This document shows positions 56,682 through 64,000 of a stretch of 64,000 nucleotides of DNA, piece after piece. The stretch is from a virus. Its lineage: Duplodnaviria > Caudoviricetes. Position 1 is the first letter of the stretch; each line of letters opens with the position of its first letter. The notes below the pieces were generated by a model. The model ran no database searches, was not told where the DNA came from, and saw nothing but the letters and a program-made list of their open reading frames with translations. Where the stretch lies: the IMG/VR virus record IMGVR_UViG_3300044511_000089, positions 277-64,276 of that record; one strand, written 5' to 3'. The position numbers and the translations under genes were made by a program.

Positions 56682-56745
56682 GTTCATTGGCACCGCCGCT
56701 GCTCAATAGGAGACGAACGGTGTTTGGTTGTAACCGAATACACCA

Positions 56746-56773
56746 TTGACACCGACCGAACTGTAGTTACACT
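56746..56773 (+). promoter_or_regulatory. Sigma70 promoter giving a leaderless mRNA
   Basis: TTGACA-N16-TACACT-N7-ATG(56781). Confidence 0.65.
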
Positions 56774-56780
56774 TTTGGAC

Positions 56781-56945
56781 ATGGGCAAGGGAAAAACGAA
56801 GTGGGTGAAGATACGCCTCCCCATGATGACCCACGCGAAGGCGAAGGCGAAGGCCGCCATGTCGCTGATGTCGTTCGAGGAGTGGCTCGTGTCGCTCGTC
56901 GACGAGGCCGTTGAAGAACCGAAGGACAAACCAGACAAACCATGA
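56781..56945 (+). CDS. Ribbon-helix-helix (Arc/CopG-like) regulator
   Basis: WVKIRLP strand plus THAKAKAKAA and SFEEWLVSLV helices. Confidence 0.65.
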   Translation: MGKGKTKWVKIRLPMMTHAKAKAKAAMSLMSFEEWLVSLVDEAVEEPKDKPDKP

Positions 56946-57958
56946 AGAAGAAACCCGATGAACCACCCGCCGTGCAAGCGGAGGTGGTTGTTGAACCAAT
57001 GGCGCTGAGCCACGTCGAGGCGATTGAGCGCGCTCAGATTGAGGTGCTCGTTGCCACGGCGAAGAAGTTCCCAAGGAATCTGCACGCTTGCCGTCAATCC
57101 GCCCTTGAGCTTGCGACCATGACCAAGGAGATGGCTGCGGATTGCTTCTACAAAATCCCAAGAGGGGGGAAAATCATCGAAGGCAAGTCCGTGCGCCTCG
57201 CTGAAATCATCGCCTCGACATGGCAGAACATCAGGGCCGGTGCGCGCCCGGTGAGCAACGACGGCAAGCACGTTGTCGCTCAGGCGTTTTGTCACGACCT
57301 CCAAACCCATGTGCTAATCGTGCGCGAGGTGAAGCGGCGCATCACGGACAAGGATGGAAGGGTGTTCAATGAGGACATGCAAACCCTGACCGAGAACGCG
57401 GCGTGCGCGGTGGCCCTGCGCAACGCCATCTTCTCCGTCATCCCCGGTGCCTACGTGCAGACTATCTACGACAAATGCAAGCAGGTGGCCGTCGGGGACG
57501 CGACCACGCTTGAGGAACGGCGAACGAAAGCCGTCGATTACTTCAAGAAGATGGGCGTGGACGAGAGACGAATCTACCTCGCGCTCGGCGTGAAGGGCAT
57601 CGAGGACGTCGGGCTTGAACAACTCGAAACCCTGACCGGCATGAGAACCGCCATCACCACGGGGGAAGGAAAGCTGGACGACCTGTTCCCGCCCGTTCCC
57701 GCCAAGACTTCTGCTCCAACCACTGGAAAGCCCCTCCCCTCAGGCACACCGGAGGAACTGCTCAACCAACTGGCGACCCTCTGCAAGATGGCCTCCATCA
57801 CCGAGGAAAAGCTTCTCGCGTTCTGTCTCAAGGAAAAATACTTCCCCGCCGATGCCGGTGTCGCGTCCGTGGCGGACCTCGCTCAGGTCTGCCCGTCGCG
57901 CCTTCCGATGCTGGTGGGTAACTTCGGAACACTCCAACATGCCATCAAATCCTCCTGA
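56942..57958 (+). CDS. Putative ssDNA-annealing/recombination protein
   Basis: AKKFPRN..YKIPRGGKIIEGKSVRLAEIIASTWQN family, usually found next to an exonuclease; function inferred from synteny. Confidence 0.55.
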   Translation: MKKKPDEPPAVQAEVVVEPMALSHVEAIERAQIEVLVATAKKFPRNLHACRQSALELATMTKEMAADCFYKIPRGGKIIEGKSVRLAEIIASTWQNIRAGARPVSNDGKHVVAQAFCHDLQTHVLIVREVKRRITDKDGRVFNEDMQTLTENAACAVALRNAIFSVIPGAYVQTIYDKCKQVAVGDATTLEERRTKAVDYFKKMGVDERRIYLALGVKGIEDVGLEQLETLTGMRTAITTGEGKLDDLFPPVPAKTSAPTTGKPLPSGTPEELLNQLATLCKMASITEEKLLAFCLKEKYFPADAGVASVADLAQVCPSRLPMLVGNFGTLQHAIKSS

Positions 57959-59045
57959 TGTCCGGGCCGGACTCCCATCAGCATCCGGTTTCGAGCGCGT
58001 CGCAAACTGTCCCGGCTCCCATCAAGCCGTGGAGGGGCTACCTTCGGAATCATCCAAGGAGGCACAGGAGGGAACCGAGGTTGCCGAAGCCCTTGCCGGT
58101 GGTTACGAACCCGACGACAAGGAACTCGCCGAAATAGCGAAGCGGCTGACTGCCCTGACCAGCGAGGCGCGCAGTCAGTGGTATGACTCGTCAGGTCTTG
58201 TCGGTTCCGTCCACGAATCGCGGGAGAGACGGTTCTGGATACATGACTCCAAGACCGGCAAGGCAATCGGCAGCGCCCAATGCGACGTCGTGTTCCAAAG
58301 CGACAACAAGGGGCTGGTGGTCGACCACAAGACCGGGTTCCTCGCCGTCACCAAGGCCGAATACAACTGGCAGTTGAAGGTGCAGGCGGTGGCCGTTGCC
58401 GAGGAGTTCAACCTCTCCCATATCCGTGTTGCTGTTGCCCATCATCGGCTCACGTCGAAGCTGGACGTCGCCGACTTTGACGCCGACGCGCTCTCCAAGG
58501 CCCGGTGGGAAATCGAATACGCCGTCGAACGCTCGCAAGACCCGGAGGCTCCACGGTTTGCTGGCAAGTGGTGCCGTTACTGCCCCGCCAAGTCGTATTG
58601 CAGGGAGGCGATGGCTTGGGCAATCGTCGATGTCGCCGACATTGCCGTCGAGGAGGCCGTCATCATGGCCGATGTCGTTTCCGTCGAAGCCCTTCGCAGG
58701 GTCTACGAGAAGCATCAGGTCGCCGAGAAGGTCTTTGAAGCCGTCAAGAAACGGCTGCTGGCCCTCAGTGACGACACCCTGCTCTCCGTCGGGATGAAAC
58801 GCGGCAAAGGGTCAACACTCAGGAACATCAAGAACAACCCGGCGGCCATCCGACTCGCGGTCGAGGCGTTCGGTGACCCCGTGGTGGATGCCAGTTGCAA
58901 GCTGATGCTCGGTGAACTGGAGGCTGCCTTGGCCGAAGCCGGGGGTCACACCGAGCACGAGGCGAAGGTAATGGTGAACACCGCACTGGCTGACGTCATC
59001 GAGTTCAAGGAAGGCGCTCCCAAACTCGTCGTCCTGCCTTCGTAG
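57939..59045 (+). CDS. Cas4/DUF2800-like PD-(D/E)XK exonuclease
   Basis: SAS..ANCPGS, EGT, D..VVDHKTG, QLKVQA and WCRYCPAKSYC (Fe-S Cys pattern). Confidence 0.85.
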   Translation: MPSNPPDVRAGLPSASGFERVANCPGSHQAVEGLPSESSKEAQEGTEVAEALAGGYEPDDKELAEIAKRLTALTSEARSQWYDSSGLVGSVHESRERRFWIHDSKTGKAIGSAQCDVVFQSDNKGLVVDHKTGFLAVTKAEYNWQLKVQAVAVAEEFNLSHIRVAVAHHRLTSKLDVADFDADALSKARWEIEYAVERSQDPEAPRFAGKWCRYCPAKSYCREAMAWAIVDVADIAVEEAVIMADVVSVEALRRVYEKHQVAEKVFEAVKKRLLALSDDTLLSVGMKRGKGSTLRNIKNNPAAIRLAVEAFGDPVVDASCKLMLGELEAALAEAGGHTEHEAKVMVNTALADVIEFKEGAPKLVVLPS

Positions 59046-59074
59046 TTGACTCGCACTCCATGAATCATTAACGT
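59046..59074 (+). promoter_or_regulatory. Sigma70 promoter of the replication operon
   Basis: TTGACT-N17-TAACGT. Confidence 0.65.
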
Positions 59075-59080
59075 CCACTC

Positions 59081-59255
59081 GTTCACCGAAAGGCGAACCG
59101 GCGATTGGAAAACCGCCGTCTCTTAACACCGACATGACAACCTCAGAAATCGCAAAGCAGTCCTCGGTGCCAATGGGCTTCTACTCGCGCAAGCGGGCGG
59201 TGTTACCCGTTTTCCACCGCCGAGGATTGCTTTGCGGATTCTCAGGTGTCATGTG
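59081..59255 (+). ncRNA. Structured leader / antisense RNA switch (C4/CI-like)
   Basis: GAAA hairpin 59081-59098; hairpin 59099-59118; long stem 59133-59169/59218-59253; 59099-59113 is complementary to 59209-59222. Confidence 0.6.
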
Positions 59256-59256
59256 A
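59134..59256 (+). CDS. 40-aa leader peptide coupled to the initiator
   Basis: MTTSEIAKQ...FSGVM; its TGA overlaps the GTG start of the next gene. Confidence 0.45.
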   Translation: MTTSEIAKQSSVPMGFYSRKRAVLPVFHRRGLLCGFSGVM

Positions 59257-60068
59257 AAGCCCCATCCTTCCAGTTCTACGCTGACGACTTCATTGGCGGA
59301 ACGGCATCCTTCTCTCAGGCCGAAACCGGCGCTTACGTCCGCCTGCTTTGCTACCAATGGGGTAATGGCTTCATCCCGTCCGCGCTTGAGAAGATGAAGA
59401 ACGTCGCGGGTGGAGAAGTGACTGAGGATGTGCTTGCCAAGTTCCCGGTGTGGCCAGACGGCAAGCGGAGGAATGAACGGCTCGAAAACGTCCGGCATGA
59501 ACGGGCTGACTTCATCGAAAGCCAGAGGGAAAAAGGCCGCAAGGGGGCCAAGAAGCGATGGGCCAAGGATAGCCGGGGCCATCCTCCGGACATCAATGGG
59601 CCAATAGCCGGGCCAATGGCCCACGATAGCTCTCCAGTCTCCAGTCTCCAGTCTCCTAATAATAATAAGCCAAATGGTGAATTGCTTCTGGATGATTATG
59701 CCCTGAACGGCGAACGACCATGCACCAAGAAACCGAACAGCCTGCCTCCATCACTCGACAACCCAACCTTCAGGAAGGTTTGGTCCGACTTCATCATGTT
59801 CAGGAAGCAGGCAAGGAAGCCCCTTACACCTATCTCAGAGCAGCGAATGTGGGAAAAGCTGTCCAGACACCCGCTCAGCACCGTAATCGCGACCGTTGAA
59901 CTATCCATTGAGCGCGGCTGGTTGGGTGTTTTCCCCGAAGCTGTTATTAATAAACAACCTGCAACCGTCACGCCTTCAAAACCAGTGATTGAGGAATCCG
60001 ACGAGGCGTTCTTCGAGCGGACAGGGATGACGAAGGCGGAGGCGGCTCAAATCGTGAAATGCCTATGA
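59253..60068 (+). CDS. Replication initiator (DUF1376/YdaU-type N-terminus, lambda O-like)
   Basis: KAPSFQFYADDF..GAYVRLLCYQW; C-terminal W..F..RK...SIERGW.G; followed by DnaB. Confidence 0.85.
   Translation: MKAPSFQFYADDFIGGTASFSQAETGAYVRLLCYQWGNGFIPSALEKMKNVAGGEVTEDVLAKFPVWPDGKRRNERLENVRHERADFIESQREKGRKGAKKRWAKDSRGHPPDINGPIAGPMAHDSSPVSSLQSPNNNKPNGELLLDDYALNGERPCTKKPNSLPPSLDNPTFRKVWSDFIMFRKQARKPLTPISEQRMWEKLSRHPLSTVIATVELSIERGWLGVFPEAVINKQPATVTPSKPVIEESDEAFFERTGMTKAEAAQIVKCL
59545..59668. repeat. Putative origin (iterons plus AT tract) inside the initiator gene
   Basis: GGGCCA x5, ATAGCCGGG x2, (TCTCCAG)x3 at 59631-59656 and TAATAATAATAA at 59657-59668. Confidence 0.6.
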
Positions 60069-61354
60069 GCTACGGATTAGACCCTGAGCAGGGCATCCTG
60101 TCGTGTATCTTCTCGGACCAGAAGGTGATGGCCGAAGTGGTGGCGAGCGGACTGACTGAGAAGTGGTTCTACGACCCACGGCATCAGGTCGTCTTTCTCG
60201 TAATGCAACGGCTTTACAACAGAGCCTCAAACCCTTCCATGCCAGCAGTTTGGGGCAACGCGACCAATGACGAGAAACAAGCGATGGGTGGAATGGCTTA
60301 CTACCAAGAGGTTGTGGATGCGGCTTCAAGCCCCTCTCATTGGCCCGAGTTCCTTAGGCAGCTTAGAGAAGCTGCGAAGAAAAGGTTCCTTGCCGAGGTG
60401 TGCGTGAGGGCGTCTCAACAAGCTCTTGGCGAAGGCATGGTTGACATCGAGGGGCTTAGGAAAGCCCTGACGGACATCGACAAGGACGACTCGACGGGCG
60501 GCAGGGGTGGGAAACAACTGGCCCAAGACTTCATCCAACGGGTCGAGGAACGGATGAAGCTGAACGGTGCGCTACCCGGAATACCAACGGGGTTTCCACG
60601 GCTGGACTACCTCACGGGCGGGTTGTTGAACGAGCAGTTCGTGATTGCTGCGCGAACGAGTCATGGCAAAACGTCGATGGGGCTTTGCCTCGTGCACAAG
60701 GCATGTCTCGTTGAGCGGATACCCACGCTGATTCTCAGCGCAGAGATGACGGCCACGGCACTTGTCACAAGGCTGTGCGCGATGCACACCAGCATACCGG
60801 CACGGGACTTCAAGCACGGCACGCTGCACGAGGACGACTTGAAACGCATTGTGCTGTTCAACGCGCTCATTGCCAACGCACCGCTCTACATCGTCGAGGA
60901 CTTGGCCATGACAGCGGCCAAAGCCTGCGCACAAATCCGAAGACACGCGGCAATGGGTGTCAGGATGGTGCTGGTGGATTACCTTCAGAAGCTCAAGCCA
61001 TTTGAGAAGAACGAGAAACGCACCTACGAGGTTGGCGGTGTCAGCGAGGCGTTACGGTCGGCAGCCATCGAGAGCAATGTGGCGCTCGTGACCCTTGCGC
61101 AGTTGAACAGGGAACCAGAGAAAGACAAGGGCAGACCGCCAAGGCTTTCCGACATCAAGGACTGCGGAGGGATTGAGCAGGACGCCGACACCGTTGGATT
61201 GTTGACCCGCTCGTTCAGCACCTCGGACCCGTCGGGTGAACAGGCGTCGCTGTATATTGCAAAGCAAAGGGACGGCGGCCTTGGAACCATCCCGCTGTTC
61301 TTCAATGCGAAGTTCACGCGGTTTGAAACACCACCCGACCCGATGGCCCCATGA
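60065..61354 (+). CDS. dnaB: DnaB-like replicative helicase
   Basis: GIPTGF, ARTSHGKT, SAEM, LVDYLQ, LAQLNR, IEQDAD and KQRDG. Confidence 0.95.
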   Translation: MSYGLDPEQGILSCIFSDQKVMAEVVASGLTEKWFYDPRHQVVFLVMQRLYNRASNPSMPAVWGNATNDEKQAMGGMAYYQEVVDAASSPSHWPEFLRQLREAAKKRFLAEVCVRASQQALGEGMVDIEGLRKALTDIDKDDSTGGRGGKQLAQDFIQRVEERMKLNGALPGIPTGFPRLDYLTGGLLNEQFVIAARTSHGKTSMGLCLVHKACLVERIPTLILSAEMTATALVTRLCAMHTSIPARDFKHGTLHEDDLKRIVLFNALIANAPLYIVEDLAMTAAKACAQIRRHAAMGVRMVLVDYLQKLKPFEKNEKRTYEVGGVSEALRSAAIESNVALVTLAQLNREPEKDKGRPPRLSDIKDCGGIEQDADTVGLLTRSFSTSDPSGEQASLYIAKQRDGGLGTIPLFFNAKFTRFETPPDPMAP

Positions 61355-61599
61355 AGGTCACCCCCATCGGGAGGCTGATGTTCCTTGTGCGAAGCTCGAA
61401 GGGCCGTGGTCAATACGTCGTTGATTTGGCGTTTCACCACGGGCGGGGAAGATGCGATTGTCCAGACTATGAATACCGCAAAGAGAAAAGCAGGCGGACG
61501 TGCAAGCACATCAGGGTGGCGCAGGAGTTCCTCCTACGCTGGGTCATCATTGAAATCTGCAAGACGTTTCGCGAGTTTGACTCGCAGAAAGCGCCCTAA
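61351..61599 (+). CDS. SWIM zinc-finger protein
   Basis: CDCPD...TCKHI. Confidence 0.8.
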   Translation: MKVTPIGRLMFLVRSSKGRGQYVVDLAFHHGRGRCDCPDYEYRKEKSRRTCKHIRVAQEFLLRWVIIEICKTFREFDSQKAP

Positions 61600-61867
61600 C
61601 CCGAGGTCGCTCAAGCGGCTGACAGAAATCCGGGCCTACTACAAGATGAGAACCAAGTTCCTCAAACAACACCCGACCTGCCCCGTGACCAGAGGCAGGA
61701 CGACCGACATTCATCACACCAGAGGGCGGTCGGGTCGGCTTCTCAATGACCGGCGATTCTGGCTGGCCGTTTCTCGCGAAGGGCACAAGCAGATTCATCT
61801 GAACCCGAAATGGGCGCGTGAAAAAGGGTTCCTGTGTCCCATCGGACAATGGGGGGTGTGCCCGTGA
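61577..61867 (+). CDS. HNH-like endonuclease
   Basis: CPV..TDIHHTRGR..WLAVSREGHKQIH; start uncertain. Confidence 0.7.
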   Translation: MTRRKRPNPRSLKRLTEIRAYYKMRTKFLKQHPTCPVTRGRTTDIHHTRGRSGRLLNDRRFWLAVSREGHKQIHLNPKWAREKGFLCPIGQWGVCP

Positions 61868-62277
61868 ACTGGACCGCGCAAATGGTGGCGGCGCACAACG
61901 CCAAGGTAGCTGGCACGGCGTTAGCTCCAAAGGTATTGGACAGTGCAAAGTTGAACCTGAAGCTGAGGTCATGCACCGAATTGACAAAGCTGAACAAGAC
62001 CGAAACCGAGTTCCTGCGGACCATTCTGGAGCCGTGGCGACCGGACTGGATTGGCGTTCAAGCCATTACGCTGAAGCTGGCCGATGACATGCGCTACACG
62101 CCGGATTTTTGGAAGCTGTCGGATGGGCTGCTCACGGCCTACGAGGTCAAGGGCGGCTTCATGCGCGAGGATTCGTTCCTCAAGCTCAAGATGGCGGCGC
62201 GGCTCTTTCCGTTCTTTCAGTTCGTCTTGGCTCAGAAGAAGAAAGGCAGTTGGAGCCTGAACCACATCAAACCATGA
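61864..62277 (+). CDS. DUF1064-like PD-(D/E)XK endonuclease
   Basis: YTPDF..YEVKG..LKLKMAA. Confidence 0.8.
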   Translation: MNWTAQMVAAHNAKVAGTALAPKVLDSAKLNLKLRSCTELTKLNKTETEFLRTILEPWRPDWIGVQAITLKLADDMRYTPDFWKLSDGLLTAYEVKGGFMREDSFLKLKMAARLFPFFQFVLAQKKKGSWSLNHIKP

Positions 62278-62642
62278 ACATCATCACGACGAGAGACGGG
62301 AGGACTGCGGGGCGGGTGGACGGAACGGTGTTCTCAAAGCAAGTCTCGGGCAGGATTCATTTCCTTCGCAAGCCCTTAGGCATCGCGTTCGATGTCACTG
62401 TCATCGAGGATGCCAAACGCCTTGGGGCTGACAGGCTGAGGGTCACGGACACCGACACCGGCCAGCACTACCACGCCACGATGAAGGCTGTCGAGCAGAA
62501 GGGCATCAGCATCGACCGGGGGCACGGCAGACAGGTCGTTCTCCCAATGCGCTACTGGAGCGCGTCATTCGAGCAGGCGCTCGTGGTCGAGATGGAGGAT
62601 GATGTCGAGGCGGCGAAACAACTGTCGATGGAAGGGCTATGA
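62274..62642 (+). CDS. Conserved phage hypothetical protein
   Basis: ATGA coupling; HFLRKP.GIAFD..DRGHGRQVVLP..YW. Confidence 0.75.
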   Translation: MNIITTRDGRTAGRVDGTVFSKQVSGRIHFLRKPLGIAFDVTVIEDAKRLGADRLRVTDTDTGQHYHATMKAVEQKGISIDRGHGRQVVLPMRYWSASFEQALVVEMEDDVEAAKQLSMEGL

Positions 62643-62971
62643 CTGCCTTCGGATTCAAGCCGGTGCGGTTCGCACAGTGGCTGAGGATAATCAAGATGGA
62701 AGCACGGACACTGACATTGAAGGACGCGCTCTTGGCGATGTGGAAGATGATTTGTCATCGTGGCGGCGCTGCAAGAAGGACGTGGTTCATCAGGATGCGC
62801 ACCTGCCATCGCTGCCCGATACACGACAACGAACTGAAACGATGCAGACCGTTCACAGGCTCACCTTTCGGTTGCGGATGCTACACTCCATTCCTTGCAA
62901 CCGGACAGACAGGGAGCCTGTGCTACGCCACACGACATTTCCCTGAGAAGAAGTGGGGATGGACGCCATGA
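62639..62971 (+). CDS. Cys-rich hypothetical protein
   Basis: RMRTCHRCP..C..GCGC. Confidence 0.65.
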   Translation: MTAFGFKPVRFAQWLRIIKMEARTLTLKDALLAMWKMICHRGGAARRTWFIRMRTCHRCPIHDNELKRCRPFTGSPFGCGCYTPFLATGQTGSLCYATRHFPEKKWGWTP

Positions 62972-63135
62972 TTGACCGAACACAAACCATGTCGCGCTTC
63001 GACGACAGCGAGGATGAGTCCGACGCCGAGCGCGACAGCCGTGAGGAACGGGAATACGAACGCGCCGACCGAGAGCATGACGAGCGGCGGGACAGGGCTT
63101 GCGAGGAGCGGGCTGAAAGGGAGAACCACCCATGA
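62968..63135 (+). CDS. Small acidic hypothetical protein
   Basis: ATGA coupling at both ends; E/D/R-rich. Confidence 0.55.
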   Translation: MIDRTQTMSRFDDSEDESDAERDSREEREYERADREHDERRDRACEERAERENHP

Positions 63136-63437
63136 CCTGCACCACCTGCTACGTGGCCTTCGAGCCGCACGCGCCCGCGCCAAGCGACCTGTGCCTGCCG
63201 TGCTTCGTTATCCTGTCTGTCGCCGAGTGCGCGGACGCCAAGCGTTCAGCCATTGAGCATTGCCGCCGCGCAGACGATGCCGAGGCTGCTGTCGGCGAGA
63301 ACTGCAAGACCATCGCCCGCCTCACCGCCGAGCGCGACGCGGCGCTTGCGGCCAATGCGCAGATGAGGGAGGCGGCGGAGAAGTTGCGGGCGCAGGTCAC
63401 GGCCCTCGCCGCATACCGGAGGCGTCATGCCCGTTGA
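63132..63437 (+). CDS. Hypothetical protein (CxxC plus coiled coil)
   Basis: GGGAG SD; coupled. Confidence 0.65.
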   Translation: MTCTTCYVAFEPHAPAPSDLCLPCFVILSVAECADAKRSAIEHCRRADDAEAAVGENCKTIARLTAERDAALAANAQMREAAEKLRAQVTALAAYRRRHAR

Positions 63438-63819
63438 CCGCAAACGCTACCCGGCCAACTGGAAGGCCATCAGCGCAGCCATCCGCGAGCGCAGCGGCGG
63501 ACGATGCGAGTGCTCAGGCGAGTGCGGATTGCACAAGACAACGCCCGGCCCGCGCCGATGCACCGAATGTCACGGTGAACCGGCGAAGTGGGCGAAGGGC
63601 AAGGTGATTCTCACGGTCGCGCATCTCGGTGTCCCGAAGCCGGACGGCTCGCTCGGCTCGAAGCACGACAAGATGGACTGCCGACCGGAGAATTTACGGG
63701 CGTATTGTCAGCGGTGTCATTTGCGGTTCGACATGGATGAACACGTTCAGAACGCCAAGCGAACACGCGCAAGGAAACAGTGGGCTAACCAGCTACCGTT
63801 ACCGGGACACAGCGCATGA
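63427..63819 (+). CDS. HNH endonuclease
   Basis: YPANW..RCEC..LTVAHL..ENLRAYCQRCHLRFD. Confidence 0.85.
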   Translation: MPVDRKRYPANWKAISAAIRERSGGRCECSGECGLHKTTPGPRRCTECHGEPAKWAKGKVILTVAHLGVPKPDGSLGSKHDKMDCRPENLRAYCQRCHLRFDMDEHVQNAKRTRARKQWANQLPLPGHSA

Positions 63820-63950
63820 ATCCGCTGCTGCAATCGAAAGGCAATAGGCCGCGCACCGGGAGGGTTATTAAGTGCGCACCGCAACGGCGCGGCGGCGGGG
63901 ACGGACGGCGCGAGCTTGTCGAACTCGGAGAAACCATTGACCCGGAATAA
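63816..63950 (+). CDS. 44-aa ORF sharing a C-terminal motif with the 10410-10595 protein
   Basis: MNPLLQ...GGGDGRRELVELGETIDPE; ATGA-coupled; below the ORF-track length cut-off. Confidence 0.5.
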   Translation: MNPLLQSKGNRPRTGRVIKCAPQRRGGGDGRRELVELGETIDPE

Positions 63951-64000
63951 CCATGCCCACCAAACCGTCATTCACCCCGCAGCCCTTCACGCCGGAGCAC

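Larger units (their letters stand above)
1..64000. mobile_element. Podovirus-like dsDNA phage genome (possibly temperate or a prophage)
   Basis: Terminase, portal, capsid, nozzle, ejection proteins, lysis genes, DnaB, initiator and recombinase are all present. No tape-measure or tail-tube gene and no host housekeeping genes are recognisable. Confidence 0.93.

Noticed and set aside
57939-59045. Cas4 as evidence of a CRISPR-Cas system
   Set aside because: No repeat-spacer array or other cas genes seen; the context is a phage recombination module.

Overview
The whole window reads as a GC-rich, podovirus-like dsDNA phage (or prophage) genome, probably close to complete, with no host housekeeping genes. 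It has three blocks. (1) 123-15765 (+): a tightly coupled early/accessory operon of about 35 small ORFs, including a MoxR/CobS-type AAA+ ATPase with a split CobT-like/vWA partner, a UPF0489-like hydrolase and a terminal tyrosine recombinase. An antisense holin/i-spanin/o-spanin cassette with no endolysin interrupts it. (2) 15938-56646 (-): the virion operon, in P22-like order: small and large terminase, portal, a Tad2/DUF2829 anti-defence gene, scaffold, major capsid, adaptor, nozzle, tail fibre, a GNAT-fold gp14-like gene and three ejection proteins. The last ejection protein is a 5984-aa polyvalent protein carrying an ADP-ribosyltransferase-like domain, three HExxH zincin domains (two tandemly duplicated) and a Strawberry-notch-type SF2 helicase. 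(3) 56781-64000 (+): recombination and replication genes (RHH regulator, putative annealase, Cas4/DUF2800-like exonuclease, DUF1376 initiator, DnaB, HNH and PD-(D/E)XK nucleases). The most notable signals are the giant injected multi-enzyme protein, a two-state RNA switch with a leader ORF over the replication-initiator start, a likely programmed -1 frameshift in a head gene, a signal-peptide-bearing YadA-head protein inside the tail module, structured RNAs in the early region, and apparent genome-wide avoidance of GATC and CCWGG. All calls come from motif recognition and synteny only; no searches were run.
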